Shown here: one piece after another, positions 1-11,945 of the stretch | Numbering within the stretch: position 1 is the stretch's first letter | Layout of the letters: each line of letters begins with the position of its first letter | Source: an uncultured Alphaproteobacteria bacterium | GTDB taxonomy: Bacteria > Pseudomonadota > Alphaproteobacteria > Rs-D84 | Assembly: GCA_905236005.1 (NCBI GenBank) | Contig: CAJONJ010000039.1 | Location: 2,612 to 66,611 of the forward strand | Direction: 5' to 3' | DNA length: 64,000 nucleotides | Made by a program: the position numbers and the translations under genes | Notes under the pieces: generated by a model | Database searches by the model: none | What the model saw: the letters and a program-made list of their open reading frames with translations, nothing else | What the model was told of the DNA's origin: nothing

Positions 1-2160
<2,160 letters not shown>

Positions 2161-2348
2161 TTATTATTCCTTTCTTTTTGCTATGTAAAACATAGCAATT
2201 TATGATATAATAAGCAAGGAAAAAGGGTATTTTATCGGCAAAAAAACAAAAAAAATTTGGAGAGAGGTTTTTTATGGTTATATTCTGATAAAGCACACAA
2301 AAAACAGTGTAAAAACAGTATATTACACATAACAAAAAGGCAACAAAC

Positions 2349-2918
2349 ATGAAATTTAAATTATTATATTATGGCGATATTTTAACAAACCCAAAAAAAC
2401 GTGCTCAACACATAGCGGACATACGTATGCAATTTCATCCACAGCTAAAAAAACTGGTTACTTTGAAACCTTGGGATAATCTGAATAAATTTATGATGCC
2501 TGATGCAACCAAAAGCCCTGTGATAACCAGACATGTTGGTGGTATGGATTGGAATCCGATTATTACATCTAATTTAAAAATGATTGCAGAGCTGGACATT
2601 TTGTTAATGCACCCAGAAATTGTTGGTGTTCCACATTCAGATATAGATAATCGTGTAAAAACTATTCTGGACGGATTACGTTGTCCACAAAACGAACATG
2701 AAATCGGACAAAATACACCACGTGATATTGGTCCGATTTACACCTTGTTGGACGACGATCACCTGGTAACAAAATTAAGTGTTAACACCAGCCATTTATT
2801 GGCAAATGATATTTTCCCATGCAACATGCAAACAACACCAGATTCTATATTTATGTTGATTGATGTAAATGTTCGTGTGACCGAAGGCACACTGGAAAAC
2901 CTGCCATTTATGGTATAA
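2349..2918 (+). CDS. RusA-like nuclease/resolvase family protein
   Basis: DIDNRVKTILDGL...LLDDD matches the RusA DxDNxxKxxxD...DD catalytic pattern. Confidence 0.55.
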   Translation: MKFKLLYYGDILTNPKKRAQHIADIRMQFHPQLKKLVTLKPWDNLNKFMMPDATKSPVITRHVGGMDWNPIITSNLKMIAELDILLMHPEIVGVPHSDIDNRVKTILDGLRCPQNEHEIGQNTPRDIGPIYTLLDDDHLVTKLSVNTSHLLANDIFPCNMQTTPDSIFMLIDVNVRVTEGTLENLPFMV

Positions 2919-2925
2919 AAAAATT

Positions 2926-2957
2926 AAAAAAAGGCCGGCAAATGCCGGTCTTTTTTT
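2926..2957. terminator. Bidirectional intrinsic terminator
   Basis: GGCCGGCA-AA-TGCCGGTC stem flanked by A and T runs, between convergent genes. Confidence 0.8.
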
Positions 2958-2968
2958 GATTGTTTATT

Positions 2969-4039
2969 TTACATAATTGCAGATGTGATTTGTTCTTGCA
3001 TTTGAAATGTTCCAAACACAACCCACCCAATTATAACAGCGACTAAAATGATACCAATACTGTTTAACACATTAGCTATACTTTCCATTTTACGAACAGA
3101 TTCTTCCATATAATCACGTGCAATTTGATTTATATTTTTATCAAAATCGTTCATATCAGCATAAATTATTAAATCACCTATGATTTCTTCACTTGGAAAA
3201 TCTTTACCAGTTAACGCTAATGCATTACCTAAATTTTCACCGTTTGCAATATAATGTAACGTTTCTTCTAAAACAGCAGACAAATATCTGTTTGAATTAT
3301 CAGCCAATAAACGCATCGCATCTGGAACACTGACCCCAGCAGACACCATCGCAGCCAAAGACATCAACCAACTGACCGAAGACTGTAATTTATATGTACT
3401 CCATGGTGGCAATTTATCAAAAAACGTTCTGATTCTTCCTGTCCATATTGGCAATGACAACCAAATCAAAGCTATCAAAGCTACAAACACTGCACCAAAA
3501 ACAAACCAATATTTATTTGCAAACTCAGATGTCCAAACCAACGATGCCGCTGTTCCATGCCAAACAACTTCACTGCCCGCAGCCTCTGCCAAAGGTGGCA
3601 CCAAATACACTCCAACCATAACAACTATACCCACAGTCAAAACAAACAAAAACAAAGGATACGCAACAGCATTTAACATAGCACGTTTAATACGCCTGAT
3701 ACCACCAACAACACGACCAACGTTTTCCAAAGAAATCAACAAAGATGAAACATTACCAGACATTAACAACAAAGTTTCTTCATATGGAACCCAACCACGT
3801 GTTGCTTCTGCAAAAGTCATACCACGTTCCAAATTTTTTTGTATTTCACGCATAGCAATCGCAAATGGTTCGTTTGGTTTTTTACCATTTTTTGATTCTA
3901 TCATTTCAATTCTATTTAAGGCATCCATCAAAGTAAAATTGTTACGCAACAATGATGCAACCTTACGCGAAATAGCCATACGCTTGTCAGCATCTAATTT
4001 AAAAACTAATTTTGCATAAAGTATTTCTAACTTGTTCAT
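2969..4039 (-). CDS. T2SS-F/PilC family inner-membrane platform protein (PilR-like, type IVb pilus)
   Basis: Two GspF-like cytoplasmic repeats, three TM segments, AVAYP motif; follows the pilus ATPase. Confidence 0.85.
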   Translation of the reverse strand: MNKLEILYAKLVFKLDADKRMAISRKVASLLRNNFTLMDALNRIEMIESKNGKKPNEPFAIAMREIQKNLERGMTFAEATRGWVPYEETLLLMSGNVSSLLISLENVGRVVGGIRRIKRAMLNAVAYPLFLFVLTVGIVVMVGVYLVPPLAEAAGSEVVWHGTAASLVWTSEFANKYWFVFGAVFVALIALIWLSLPIWTGRIRTFFDKLPPWSTYKLQSSVSWLMSLAAMVSAGVSVPDAMRLLADNSNRYLSAVLEETLHYIANGENLGNALALTGKDFPSEEIIGDLIIYADMNDFDKNINQIARDYMEESVRKMESIANVLNSIGIILVAVIIGWVVFGTFQMQEQITSAIM

Positions 4040-4042
4040 ATT

Positions 4043-5674
4043 TTAATACACCCATGGTCTGTCCAACAATCCAACCCAACGTTCTAATTCATCAACTCCA
4101 ATAACACCACGCAACATCAATTCAGTAGCAGCCTCTTTTAATGTACGTCCGTTCATTTTTTCAAGCCAAAAACGCAATGCTGTTTCTGTTTCACCAGATA
4201 GAACCAAATTTAAAAATTCACTGTTAGTAATAATTATTTCACCAGCTTTGACACGACCAGCTGTTCCTGTTCCTTTGCAGTGTTCGCATCCTTGTCCACG
4301 AACATAAGTTTGTTGTAAACCTAAATCACCCAAAGCTTCCATAACACGATGATATGCAGGATGTGTTGGTTTATCAATCAGCCTTTCCCGACAATATGGA
4401 CAAAGCTTTTTAAACAACCGCATTGAAACCAAACCACGCAACATAGTTTCATCTTTTAATTTAAAAGCCTCTACCCCCATATCTAATAAACGAGTCAACG
4501 CACCCATCGCAGAATTAGCATGCAACGTTGTCCACACATTATGTCCAGACAAAGCACCCTTAACCGTCAATTGTGCTGCAGCCAAAGTTCGTATTTCTCC
4601 AACCATCAAAGTATCTGGGTCACTTCGCAAAGCCGCCGCTAATGCTTCTGTAAATTTTTCTTCACGTTGTTCTTCGTTTAATGCATTTACCACAGGCATC
4701 TGATGTGCACCGAATATTTTTTGTTCAGCTGGGTCTTCCACAGTAATCAAATTTATTTCATATCTGCGTTCTTTTAACATCAATGCCATATTACGAACTA
4801 ATGTTGTTGATTTTCCAGATGATGTTGGTCCAGCAACAACAACTAACCCTGTTGGTGCTGCACGTAAACGCAACAATAATTTTTGTTCATATTCATTAAA
4901 TTCCTGTTCTGTCTTTAATCCTTCACTGGGGTTATCATACAGCAAACGCATAACAACATATTGACTGCCAAAAGAAATCGGATTAAATTGCATTCTGATG
5001 CCTAACACCCCAGCTGGCAAAAATAAATCTTTGGTTCCACGTAACGGTGTCCGACCATCTTTTAACGCAGTTTGATATTCATTTTGTGCATAACTAGAAT
5101 TAGAAATATCAGCTGATGCAAACGCAGCACGTGTAAAAGATTCCCCCCATTGTGAATTATATTCCAACACAGGTTGCATGCTGCCATCTATACGAAAATA
5201 AATTGTTGTTTGATCTGCGACTTCTATATGAATATCAGATACCTTTTGAGCAGCCGCACGTGCAATAATATCTACAAAATCCTTTTGCATCTGATTATCA
5301 TAATCTTGATGCGAATGAATATATGTTCCCAGCCGTTCATCATTTGTTTTATATATATTAGAAATCAAACCTAAATCGGAATAAAATGGGCTTTTAACCA
5401 ATTTGCCATTTTGTTTCAACAAATCCAAAAAAGCCAACACACGTCCATCATACCTGTGTGTTCTAGAAATAATCAATTCCCCACCAGAAAAATATGCCAT
5501 CAAAGCTTGACTGTCTTTCGGCAAAGCTAATTCATCAGCAGATGCTGTTAACAAACGATTATTATTAGCAAACAAATAATCCAAAATATCTTTACTGTTG
5601 GCATTTTCCAACCCAGCCGGCACAGATGGATTTTTAGAATTACTGTTCAAATCTAATTTATCTGTATCAACCAT
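4043..5674 (-). CDS. GspE/PilB-family pilus assembly ATPase (PilQ-like)
   Basis: SDIHIE, Walker A GPTSSGKST, TVEDP, LRSDPDTLMVGEIR, GHNVWTTLHAN, CPYC...CEHC zinc motif. Confidence 0.92.
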   Translation of the reverse strand: MVDTDKLDLNSNSKNPSVPAGLENANSKDILDYLFANNNRLLTASADELALPKDSQALMAYFSGGELIISRTHRYDGRVLAFLDLLKQNGKLVKSPFYSDLGLISNIYKTNDERLGTYIHSHQDYDNQMQKDFVDIIARAAAQKVSDIHIEVADQTTIYFRIDGSMQPVLEYNSQWGESFTRAAFASADISNSSYAQNEYQTALKDGRTPLRGTKDLFLPAGVLGIRMQFNPISFGSQYVVMRLLYDNPSEGLKTEQEFNEYEQKLLLRLRAAPTGLVVVAGPTSSGKSTTLVRNMALMLKERRYEINLITVEDPAEQKIFGAHQMPVVNALNEEQREEKFTEALAAALRSDPDTLMVGEIRTLAAAQLTVKGALSGHNVWTTLHANSAMGALTRLLDMGVEAFKLKDETMLRGLVSMRLFKKLCPYCRERLIDKPTHPAYHRVMEALGDLGLQQTYVRGQGCEHCKGTGTAGRVKAGEIIITNSEFLNLVLSGETETALRFWLEKMNGRTLKEAATELMLRGVIGVDELERWVGLLDRPWVY

Positions 5675-5675
5675 A

Positions 5676-6374
5676 TTATTTCCCGATATTTAAATTTTCA
5701 GAAACACCGTCTTTTTCAAAAATAATTCCTTCGTTTAAAGATATAGATTTCACTCTGTATCCATCTAATTCTTTACCTACTGAAATTCTTTTAGTTTGCC
5801 CAGAAGAAATATTTTCTACGGTTGCCTGCAATTGATTACCAATACCAGCAATATTTATCAATTTATATCTAGATGCTAGATTTCCTGATTCTTGTTTTTG
5901 TTGTCCAGATTTTTTTTCAACAGATTGTTTTTCTATAGAATCTTCTAAACTTTCTTTTTGTCTTTTTAAACTTTCAGCTTGTGCTTCTAATTCTTGCTGT
6001 TGATGTTCTGCACGACCAGACAAAGTATCTAATTCCATTTGTAATTTTAATTTTTCAGCATTTAATCTTTCCAGCTCTAAATCTAATTGTGCACGTTCTT
6101 TTTCCAGTTGCAAAACTACTTTGTCTTGTTCCAACAAAGTTATCTTTTCAAACAAAGAACCAGACATATCATATTCATCCAAAGCAGCTACAGAAACCCT
6201 GTCTGCAAAATCATCATCAGCAACTTCATTTACTGTCGCAATTTCTTGTGTTTGTATAACCTCTGGTTGTGATAATTCTTCTGATTCATCAGCAAACTCA
6301 TATTCATCTGCATTTGCACAAACCCCAGAAATCACCAACATACAACATAAAAATATTTTTAATTTTTTTAACAT
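5676..6374 (-). CDS. PilP-like type IVb pilus accessory protein
   Basis: Signal peptide, coiled coil, and C-terminal LINIAGIGNQLQATV...GKELDGYRVKSI beta domain; lies between the PilO- and PilQ-like genes. Confidence 0.6.
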   Translation of the reverse strand: MLKKLKIFLCCMLVISGVCANADEYEFADESEELSQPEVIQTQEIATVNEVADDDFADRVSVAALDEYDMSGSLFEKITLLEQDKVVLQLEKERAQLDLELERLNAEKLKLQMELDTLSGRAEHQQQELEAQAESLKRQKESLEDSIEKQSVEKKSGQQKQESGNLASRYKLINIAGIGNQLQATVENISSGQTKRISVGKELDGYRVKSISLNEGIIFEKDGVSENLNIGK

Positions 6375-6384
6375 ATTTTCACCT

Positions 6385-7662
6385 TTATTTTGTATAAATA
6401 ATTACTTCGTATTGCCACATACGTGTAACAGCATTCCACGCAACAGATGTCATATACACACCATCAAAATCATTAAATATATGCATAAATTCTGTTGGTA
6501 TTAATTTAGACGCAGCAGAAATTTCAACGATATTCACACTTTCTGTATCTACACCATTTGTCACAGTATCTGTTACAGGATTTATATCTGCACGTATATT
6601 TATCTGTTGAAAATTCGTAGTAATATCACGCACGGCACTGGCTATATCACGTTCATCCAATGATGCATACGTTTTTAATTGTGGTAATCTAACACGAACC
6701 ATAACTTCGTTTTCAGACAATTGCTGAACCATTGCACCAGGCATTAATTCTGCACCATTAAGATAAAATTCATTTATTGTTCCAAAATTACGTGCAAATG
6801 TAACAGACACAAAATCTTCACCACATTTTGCATAGGTTTGATTCCACCCGGGAATTGGCTGCATAACAAACGCAATAGCTTTATAGCATAATTTGGCACG
6901 TTCCATAACATTTGGTAAATAATCGTATGGAAATTCGATTGGTGTAACTTCTTGTTTTGCTATATCTAATTGTTTTGCTAATTCTTGTTTTTTTAATTCA
7001 ATATTACGTTTATATTCTGCAACTAATTCAGGATTAGTCTGCACAGGTGATGATGAAAAAAATACACGTCTTATTTTATCACGAAACAAAACCCCACCAA
7101 CCAACAGAACCAAAACAAAAAATATAATCGTTGGCCAAATAGAATTAAAAACATTTATTGGATGCAGTCTGGCAGAAACAGAAGGACGTATTAATTCAGA
7201 AATAAATTTTTCCTGTGCCTTAGGCATTCCCCACGATGCAGGCGCAAACAAACCACCCCAATCAGGAATATTTGATAATTCTGTATATAATTTACGTGCT
7301 TGTTCTGCTGTTTCAATTAAAACATCACGAATTATTACACCATTACGCACAGCCACCAGATAAAAATAATTATTTACCTGAAAAACTCCTAAAAAAGACA
7401 CAAATTCAGACAAAGAATCAACAATTTCAGCTGCCGCACTTGGTAAACCAACATAAACCCCTGTGTTTTTATCACCCAAACCAACCATGGATTTATAATC
7501 TACAAATAATGTATATTTTTTATCTATATTTTTAGATAATTGCTTTGCATAATTTAACGCAGTATTACCAACACTGACAGGCTGCCAAAACAAGCCCGTT
7601 GCAAATTTTTTACGATGAACTGTTATTATTTGCTTTATCAATTCTCTCTCTGTTATACACAC
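6385..7662 (-). CDS. PilO-like type IVb pilus accessory protein
   Basis: N-terminal FATGLFWQP motif, single TM segment, IPGW motif; gene order O-P-Q-R. Confidence 0.7.
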   Translation of the reverse strand: MCITERELIKQIITVHRKKFATGLFWQPVSVGNTALNYAKQLSKNIDKKYTLFVDYKSMVGLGDKNTGVYVGLPSAAAEIVDSLSEFVSFLGVFQVNNYFYLVAVRNGVIIRDVLIETAEQARKLYTELSNIPDWGGLFAPASWGMPKAQEKFISELIRPSVSARLHPINVFNSIWPTIIFFVLVLLVGGVLFRDKIRRVFFSSSPVQTNPELVAEYKRNIELKKQELAKQLDIAKQEVTPIEFPYDYLPNVMERAKLCYKAIAFVMQPIPGWNQTYAKCGEDFVSVTFARNFGTINEFYLNGAELMPGAMVQQLSENEVMVRVRLPQLKTYASLDERDIASAVRDITTNFQQINIRADINPVTDTVTNGVDTESVNIVEISAASKLIPTEFMHIFNDFDGVYMTSVAWNAVTRMWQYEVIIYTK

Positions 7663-7706
7663 ATTATAAACAAACGAACCAAAAAAATAAAGCCATATTT
7701 TATAAT

Positions 7707-7730
7707 AAAAAGTCGTTAAAAAACGACTTT
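7707..7730 (-). terminator. Intrinsic terminator after the lpxK-lpxC-lipoprotein unit
   Basis: AAAAAGTCGTT-AAAA-AACGACTTT inverted repeat. Confidence 0.55.
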
Positions 7731-7733
7731 TTA

Positions 7734-8045
7734 TTATTTGTTACAATTATAAACTTTAACCTTTAATGTATACGTTTGTTTTGGTCCAAATATTGCACCA
7801 ACATTATCAGCAATTGATTCATTGACTATATAATAAGAATCACCACGTTTTTGTTGATTTAATATTTTTTGTTCCAAATAATTATACACATCTTCTTTGG
7901 TATAGTTTGTTATATCAGATGTCATAGTATATAAATACGTACAATCTTTTGGTTCTTGATATAATCTATTCAAACCTGTTCCTGCAGTTATTGTTTCAGC
8001 ACATGCGACCAATACCCCACATAAACAAATTATGCTTTTTTTCAT
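7734..8045 (-). CDS. Small lipoprotein (DUF4156-like)
   Basis: Lipobox LVAC; EPKDC...VYNC cysteine pair. Confidence 0.6.
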   Translation of the reverse strand: MKKSIICLCGVLVACAETITAGTGLNRLYQEPKDCTYLYTMTSDITNYTKEDVYNYLEQKILNQQKRGDSYYIVNESIADNVGAIFGPKQTYTLKVKVYNCNK

Positions 8046-8986
8046 TTTTTCTCTCCTTTTGGTTCAACTATTTCATAGTTAGATTTATCACTAAATAATT
8101 TACGTAAAATTAAATTATTCAATGCATGTGAACCCTTATAAGATTGCACCCAACCACACAAAAAACCGCCTGATGTAAACATATCACCCAGTATATCTAT
8201 ACATTTATGACGAACAAATTCATCTGGATAATACAATTTATTCATAGTGGCATCCCATCTTGAATTCACAGCAATAACATTATGCAAATTACAACCTAGA
8301 CCCATACCATGACGTTTACAATATTCCCATTCAGAATATCCACCAAACGATCTAGATTTTGCAATATTATCAATAAAATCTTTTACAGATGCTTTTGAAC
8401 CATCAAAAGTATAAGAATACGACTGGGTTCCAATAATTTTATTATTATAATCTAAAATAGCATCTATTAACATCCCGTTATCATATGGTGCAATCCTAAT
8501 AAAGCCGTCAGTAGTCATTCTGCCACTAAAAATTTTTGCCTTAACACGTTGCCAAAACGGTAATGTTTTAATTAAATCTTTACTTTTTACTTCTACTGTT
8601 TTTTTAACAACTATTTTTTTCATTTTAGTCTTGTCAGAAACATATTTTTCTAATACTTTATATAACTCAAACGCACTTCCGTCCAAAAATGGTACTTCTG
8701 GTCCATCTATTTCAATAATTGCACTGTCTATACCCAACAAAAATAATACAGCCATTAAATGTTCAATTGTTCTGACATTTGCACCATTTTTTTTACCAAT
8801 TTGCGTACTGCGAAGCATTGTATCACATACATTATCAAACGTTGCAGGTATTAAATCAGAACCCTTGATATCTGTTCTTTTAAAGAAAATTCCTGTTTTT
8901 TTTGATGGCATCACAACCATATTCACAGGCAACCCCATATGCATACCAATACCAGATATCTTAACATTTTTTGTCACAGTAGTCAT
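8042..8986 (-). CDS. lpxC: UDP-3-O-acyl-N-acetylglucosamine deacetylase
   Basis: GIGMHMG, TIEHLMA, EVPFLDGSA, EFVRHKCIDILGD, GSHALN. Confidence 0.95.
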   Translation of the reverse strand: MTTVTKNVKISGIGMHMGLPVNMVVMPSKKTGIFFKRTDIKGSDLIPATFDNVCDTMLRSTQIGKKNGANVRTIEHLMAVLFLLGIDSAIIEIDGPEVPFLDGSAFELYKVLEKYVSDKTKMKKIVVKKTVEVKSKDLIKTLPFWQRVKAKIFSGRMTTDGFIRIAPYDNGMLIDAILDYNNKIIGTQSYSYTFDGSKASVKDFIDNIAKSRSFGGYSEWEYCKRHGMGLGCNLHNVIAVNSRWDATMNKLYYPDEFVRHKCIDILGDMFTSGGFLCGWVQSYKGSHALNNLILRKLFSDKSNYEIVEPKGEKK

Positions 8987-9891
8987 TTGTTTACTCCTTT
9001 ATATAGCCAATCATAAAAATTATTTTCTATTTCGGTGTTTAATTTTGCAAATCTAATTTCTTGTTTTGCCCAATCAGGTAACCTGACCCAATCTTTTTCC
9101 GTGGTTAATAATTTTGCATTTTTACTTTTTGCAACTGCAATTAAATCTTTAATATCTTTTTCAGTATATTGATAATGGTCTGGATACACACGTGTTTCAA
9201 TCAATTTACATGTAATACTGTTAAAGAATTTTTTTGGATAACCAATACCAGCAAACGCAATAACTGACGTTTTATTATCATATGGCGATACAGTTTGATT
9301 ATGTGCATAAAACACTGGTATATTTGTAGGCAACGCAAAATCAGGTGCAACATCTTTGTTTTTTATCACAATTATTGCATCTGCCCTGTGTATAGCAGAT
9401 TTAGGTTCACGCATTGGGCCAGCAGGTAACAAAAACCCATTTCCAAAACCAATACTTTCATCAAAAACCAACACTGAAATATCTTTTTTAATTGATGAAT
9501 TTTGGAAACCATCATCCATAATAATTGGTGTATTAGACTTTTGTTTATTTAACAAAATCAAATTACTTTTTCTGTCACCAACATGCACTAAAATACCGTC
9601 CCCAGACAACATCTTAGCTTCGTCCCCTATACCCTCAGTTTTTTTAGATTTCTTATACCCACGCATAACCACAGGTGCATCAAAATATTTTGCAACATTT
9701 CTGACTATTGGTGTTTTACCAACACCACCTGCCAGTATATTACCAAAACAAATAACAGGTCTTTTGGATACATATTCATGTTTTTTACGTAAATTAAAAA
9801 CAACACGTGACCCAATCCAATAAAACAAAGACAATGGCCACAAAACACATGCAATTATATTTCTTTTTAAAAACCATTTTGGTGTTTTCAT
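8983..9891 (-). CDS. lpxK: Tetraacyldisaccharide 4'-kinase
   Basis: GNILAGGVGKTP, MDDGFQ, LLPAGPMRE, YPDHY, TTEKDWVRL. Confidence 0.95.
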   Translation of the reverse strand: MKTPKWFLKRNIIACVLWPLSLFYWIGSRVVFNLRKKHEYVSKRPVICFGNILAGGVGKTPIVRNVAKYFDAPVVMRGYKKSKKTEGIGDEAKMLSGDGILVHVGDRKSNLILLNKQKSNTPIIMDDGFQNSSIKKDISVLVFDESIGFGNGFLLPAGPMREPKSAIHRADAIIVIKNKDVAPDFALPTNIPVFYAHNQTVSPYDNKTSVIAFAGIGYPKKFFNSITCKLIETRVYPDHYQYTEKDIKDLIAVAKSKNAKLLTTEKDWVRLPDWAKQEIRFAKLNTEIENNFYDWLYKGVNK

Positions 9892-10646
9892 AGCATTTTC
9901 GCTTTTTCTTTAAAATTATCTGGTGTCAAATCTTGTTCTACTTTAAAATCAGTAAAAATTTTATCCAAATCGTATGCTTGTTGCACCATGATATCTTCCA
10001 GATTTTTTCTTATATATTCAAAATCCGATATTTCTGTTTTTTTATCTATATAAATCGGCTGTCCAACAATTCCTTTGATAATTGAAAAAGGTCTAGTTAA
10101 CAAATATCTATCCCAACGATTTTGAAACCAAGGTCTGCTGCATGACACACAAACTGGAATAATTGGTGCACCTGTCATTTTCGCAAAATACAAAGCCCCA
10201 TCATGAAACCGCATAGATGGTCCATTTGGGCCATCTGGTGACAAAGCCAAACACTTTGTTCCCTGGGATAATACCTTTACCCCTTTTCTAAGAACAGACA
10301 CACCACCACCAAAAGAAGAACCGAACATAGCCTTTAAACCAAATAATCTTTCCAGTTTTGCAATGGCACGACCATCTTTGCGTGGGTCAGCAACAGCATA
10401 ACCACGAACACCAGCCATAGCAATCAAAGGCGACAACATCATAGTCCGTCCATGCCAAAACACAAAAATAGCAGGCTTTTTGCTAAATTTCTTTAAAATA
10501 CTGTAACCCTTTATATCTTTACGTGAAGTAAAATAAACAAACCAGATTAAAATACAGTAAATACAAGCAATTGGCCATTGCACAATTGCCCAACCAGAAA
10601 CATTATTCAAAAAACGTCTAAATCTTTTTTTTAAAGATTTTTGCAT
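9888..10646 (-). CDS. Lysophospholipid acyltransferase family protein (DUF374-like)
   Basis: FWHGR, SPDGPNGP, WDRYLL motifs; adjacent to lpxK. Confidence 0.8.
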   Translation of the reverse strand: MQKSLKKRFRRFLNNVSGWAIVQWPIACIYCILIWFVYFTSRKDIKGYSILKKFSKKPAIFVFWHGRTMMLSPLIAMAGVRGYAVADPRKDGRAIAKLERLFGLKAMFGSSFGGGVSVLRKGVKVLSQGTKCLALSPDGPNGPSMRFHDGALYFAKMTGAPIIPVCVSCSRPWFQNRWDRYLLTRPFSIIKGIVGQPIYIDKKTEISDFEYIRKNLEDIMVQQAYDLDKIFTDFKVEQDLTPDNFKEKAKML

Positions 10647-10741
10647 AATTTAACCCTGTGTTGAACAAATTCTAGCAACAAAAAATGAACAATGCAAGCC
10701 AAGCAAACACACATAAAAAATAAGAATTAAATACTTTTTAT

Positions 10742-10769
10742 TTGACACAGAGGTTTAAAGCTATATAAT
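10742..10769 (+). promoter_or_regulatory. Sigma70 promoter of tRNA-fMet
   Basis: TTGACA (10742-47), 16-nt spacer, TATAAT (10764-69). Confidence 0.8.
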
Positions 10770-10783
10770 ACAGATTACTTTAT

Positions 10784-10860
<77 letters not shown>

Positions 10861-10867
10861 GAGCTTC

Positions 10868-10894
10868 AAAACTTGCCCATCGGGGCAAGTTTTT
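10868..10894 (+). terminator. Terminator after tRNA-fMet
   Basis: AAAACTTGCCC-ATCG-GGGCAAGTTTTT. Confidence 0.85.
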
Positions 10895-10957
10895 GTTTGT
10901 TTTCCAATATCTACAAAAAGTTCGAAAGTTGTCTTTTTGAAAAAGGCTATTTTTCTA

Positions 10958-11683
10958 CTACTTTTGAACCATAGAATTTTGTTTTTGTTGTAAAAGTATA
11001 TAATCTTTCATCATTTTTTGCACTGCACCCGGTAAATCTGTTTTAATTGCTTCTGGTGTTATATACTTATCAACAAACGGATTTATAAACTTTTCTTGAA
11101 TATGTATACCAAAAAATTTTATACCAATTAAGTCAACAATCCGTTCTTTGAAATTTTGTGGAACATTATATTTTTCAATTATTGGTTTTTCTATTAAAAT
11201 ATGAATAACTTCATGCAACATAGTATTCAATATCTTTTCTTGATTATCTGGATACCGTGACATACGAAATACAATTTTTGCTTTTTTATCAGATGCAAAA
11301 TACGAAGCACCATTACCATATGCACATAATATTTCTAATTCATTTGGCATTGTCGTGTTCCACGATTTTAACAAAGGAACCAAAAACTTACTTATTCCAC
11401 GTTCCATCATCGGTATAACATAAGATTTCATAATTGAATCGTATTTTGTTAAATCATTAACGTTATAAATTTCTTGTTTGAAAAATTTACTATATTTTGC
11501 TATGTCTTTGTCAGTAAGAGTTTCTTTTTCAAACATTTCTTTGACTATTGGATTCTCGGGATTTGGAACAAAATTATTCATTGTATATCCAAAATGTTTT
11601 AAATTGGTATGAAACTCATGATGCTCTTCTAAAATAAATTGCCACATTTCTTTTTGGGTCATCGGTCTTATTGTTATTTGCAT
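10958..11683 (-). CDS. Hypothetical protein with HExxH motif (cassette 1 cargo)
   Basis: 241-aa ORF with AAAGGA RBS; MLHEVIH...KERIVD suggests a zinc-peptidase-like fold. Confidence 0.65.
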   Translation of the reverse strand: MQITIRPMTQKEMWQFILEEHHEFHTNLKHFGYTMNNFVPNPENPIVKEMFEKETLTDKDIAKYSKFFKQEIYNVNDLTKYDSIMKSYVIPMMERGISKFLVPLLKSWNTTMPNELEILCAYGNGASYFASDKKAKIVFRMSRYPDNQEKILNTMLHEVIHILIEKPIIEKYNVPQNFKERIVDLIGIKFFGIHIQEKFINPFVDKYITPEAIKTDLPGAVQKMMKDYILLQQKQNSMVQK

Positions 11684-11759
11684 ATTAAATCCTTTTTATA
11701 CTGATAATTATATCATAAACTTGTTTTTAAAATCTATTATTTCCTGTCTAACATCCAAC

Positions 11760-11794
11760 AACTCGACTCGAGAACTGCACACACTGCACAACCA
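11760..11794 (+). repeat. Right-arm core, copy 1
   Basis: AACTCGACTCGAGAACTGCACACACTGCACAACCA; 30/35 identical to 13001-13035; ends in CAACCA like the tRNA. Confidence 0.9.
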
Positions 11795-11802
11795 GAATTT
11801 AC

Positions 11803-11828
11803 AAAACCGTCCATAAGGGCGGTTTTTT
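11803..11828 (+). terminator. Hairpin following right-arm core 1
   Basis: AAAACCGTCC-ATAA-GGGCGGTTTTTT. Confidence 0.75.
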
Positions 11829-11945
11829 ATTGGATTCTTAATACCTTCACAGAGTTCGAAAGTATAAGTTTCAAAAATGCACGTTTTTGTTCAACTTTTG
11901 AACTTTTTTGCAATTTGTTTCCTTTTATGCTACAATTCCTATGCT

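Noticed and set aside
11877..11945. N-terminal extension of the EamA ORF
   Set aside because: Overlaps the left-arm relic and a likely promoter; ATG 11946 fits better.
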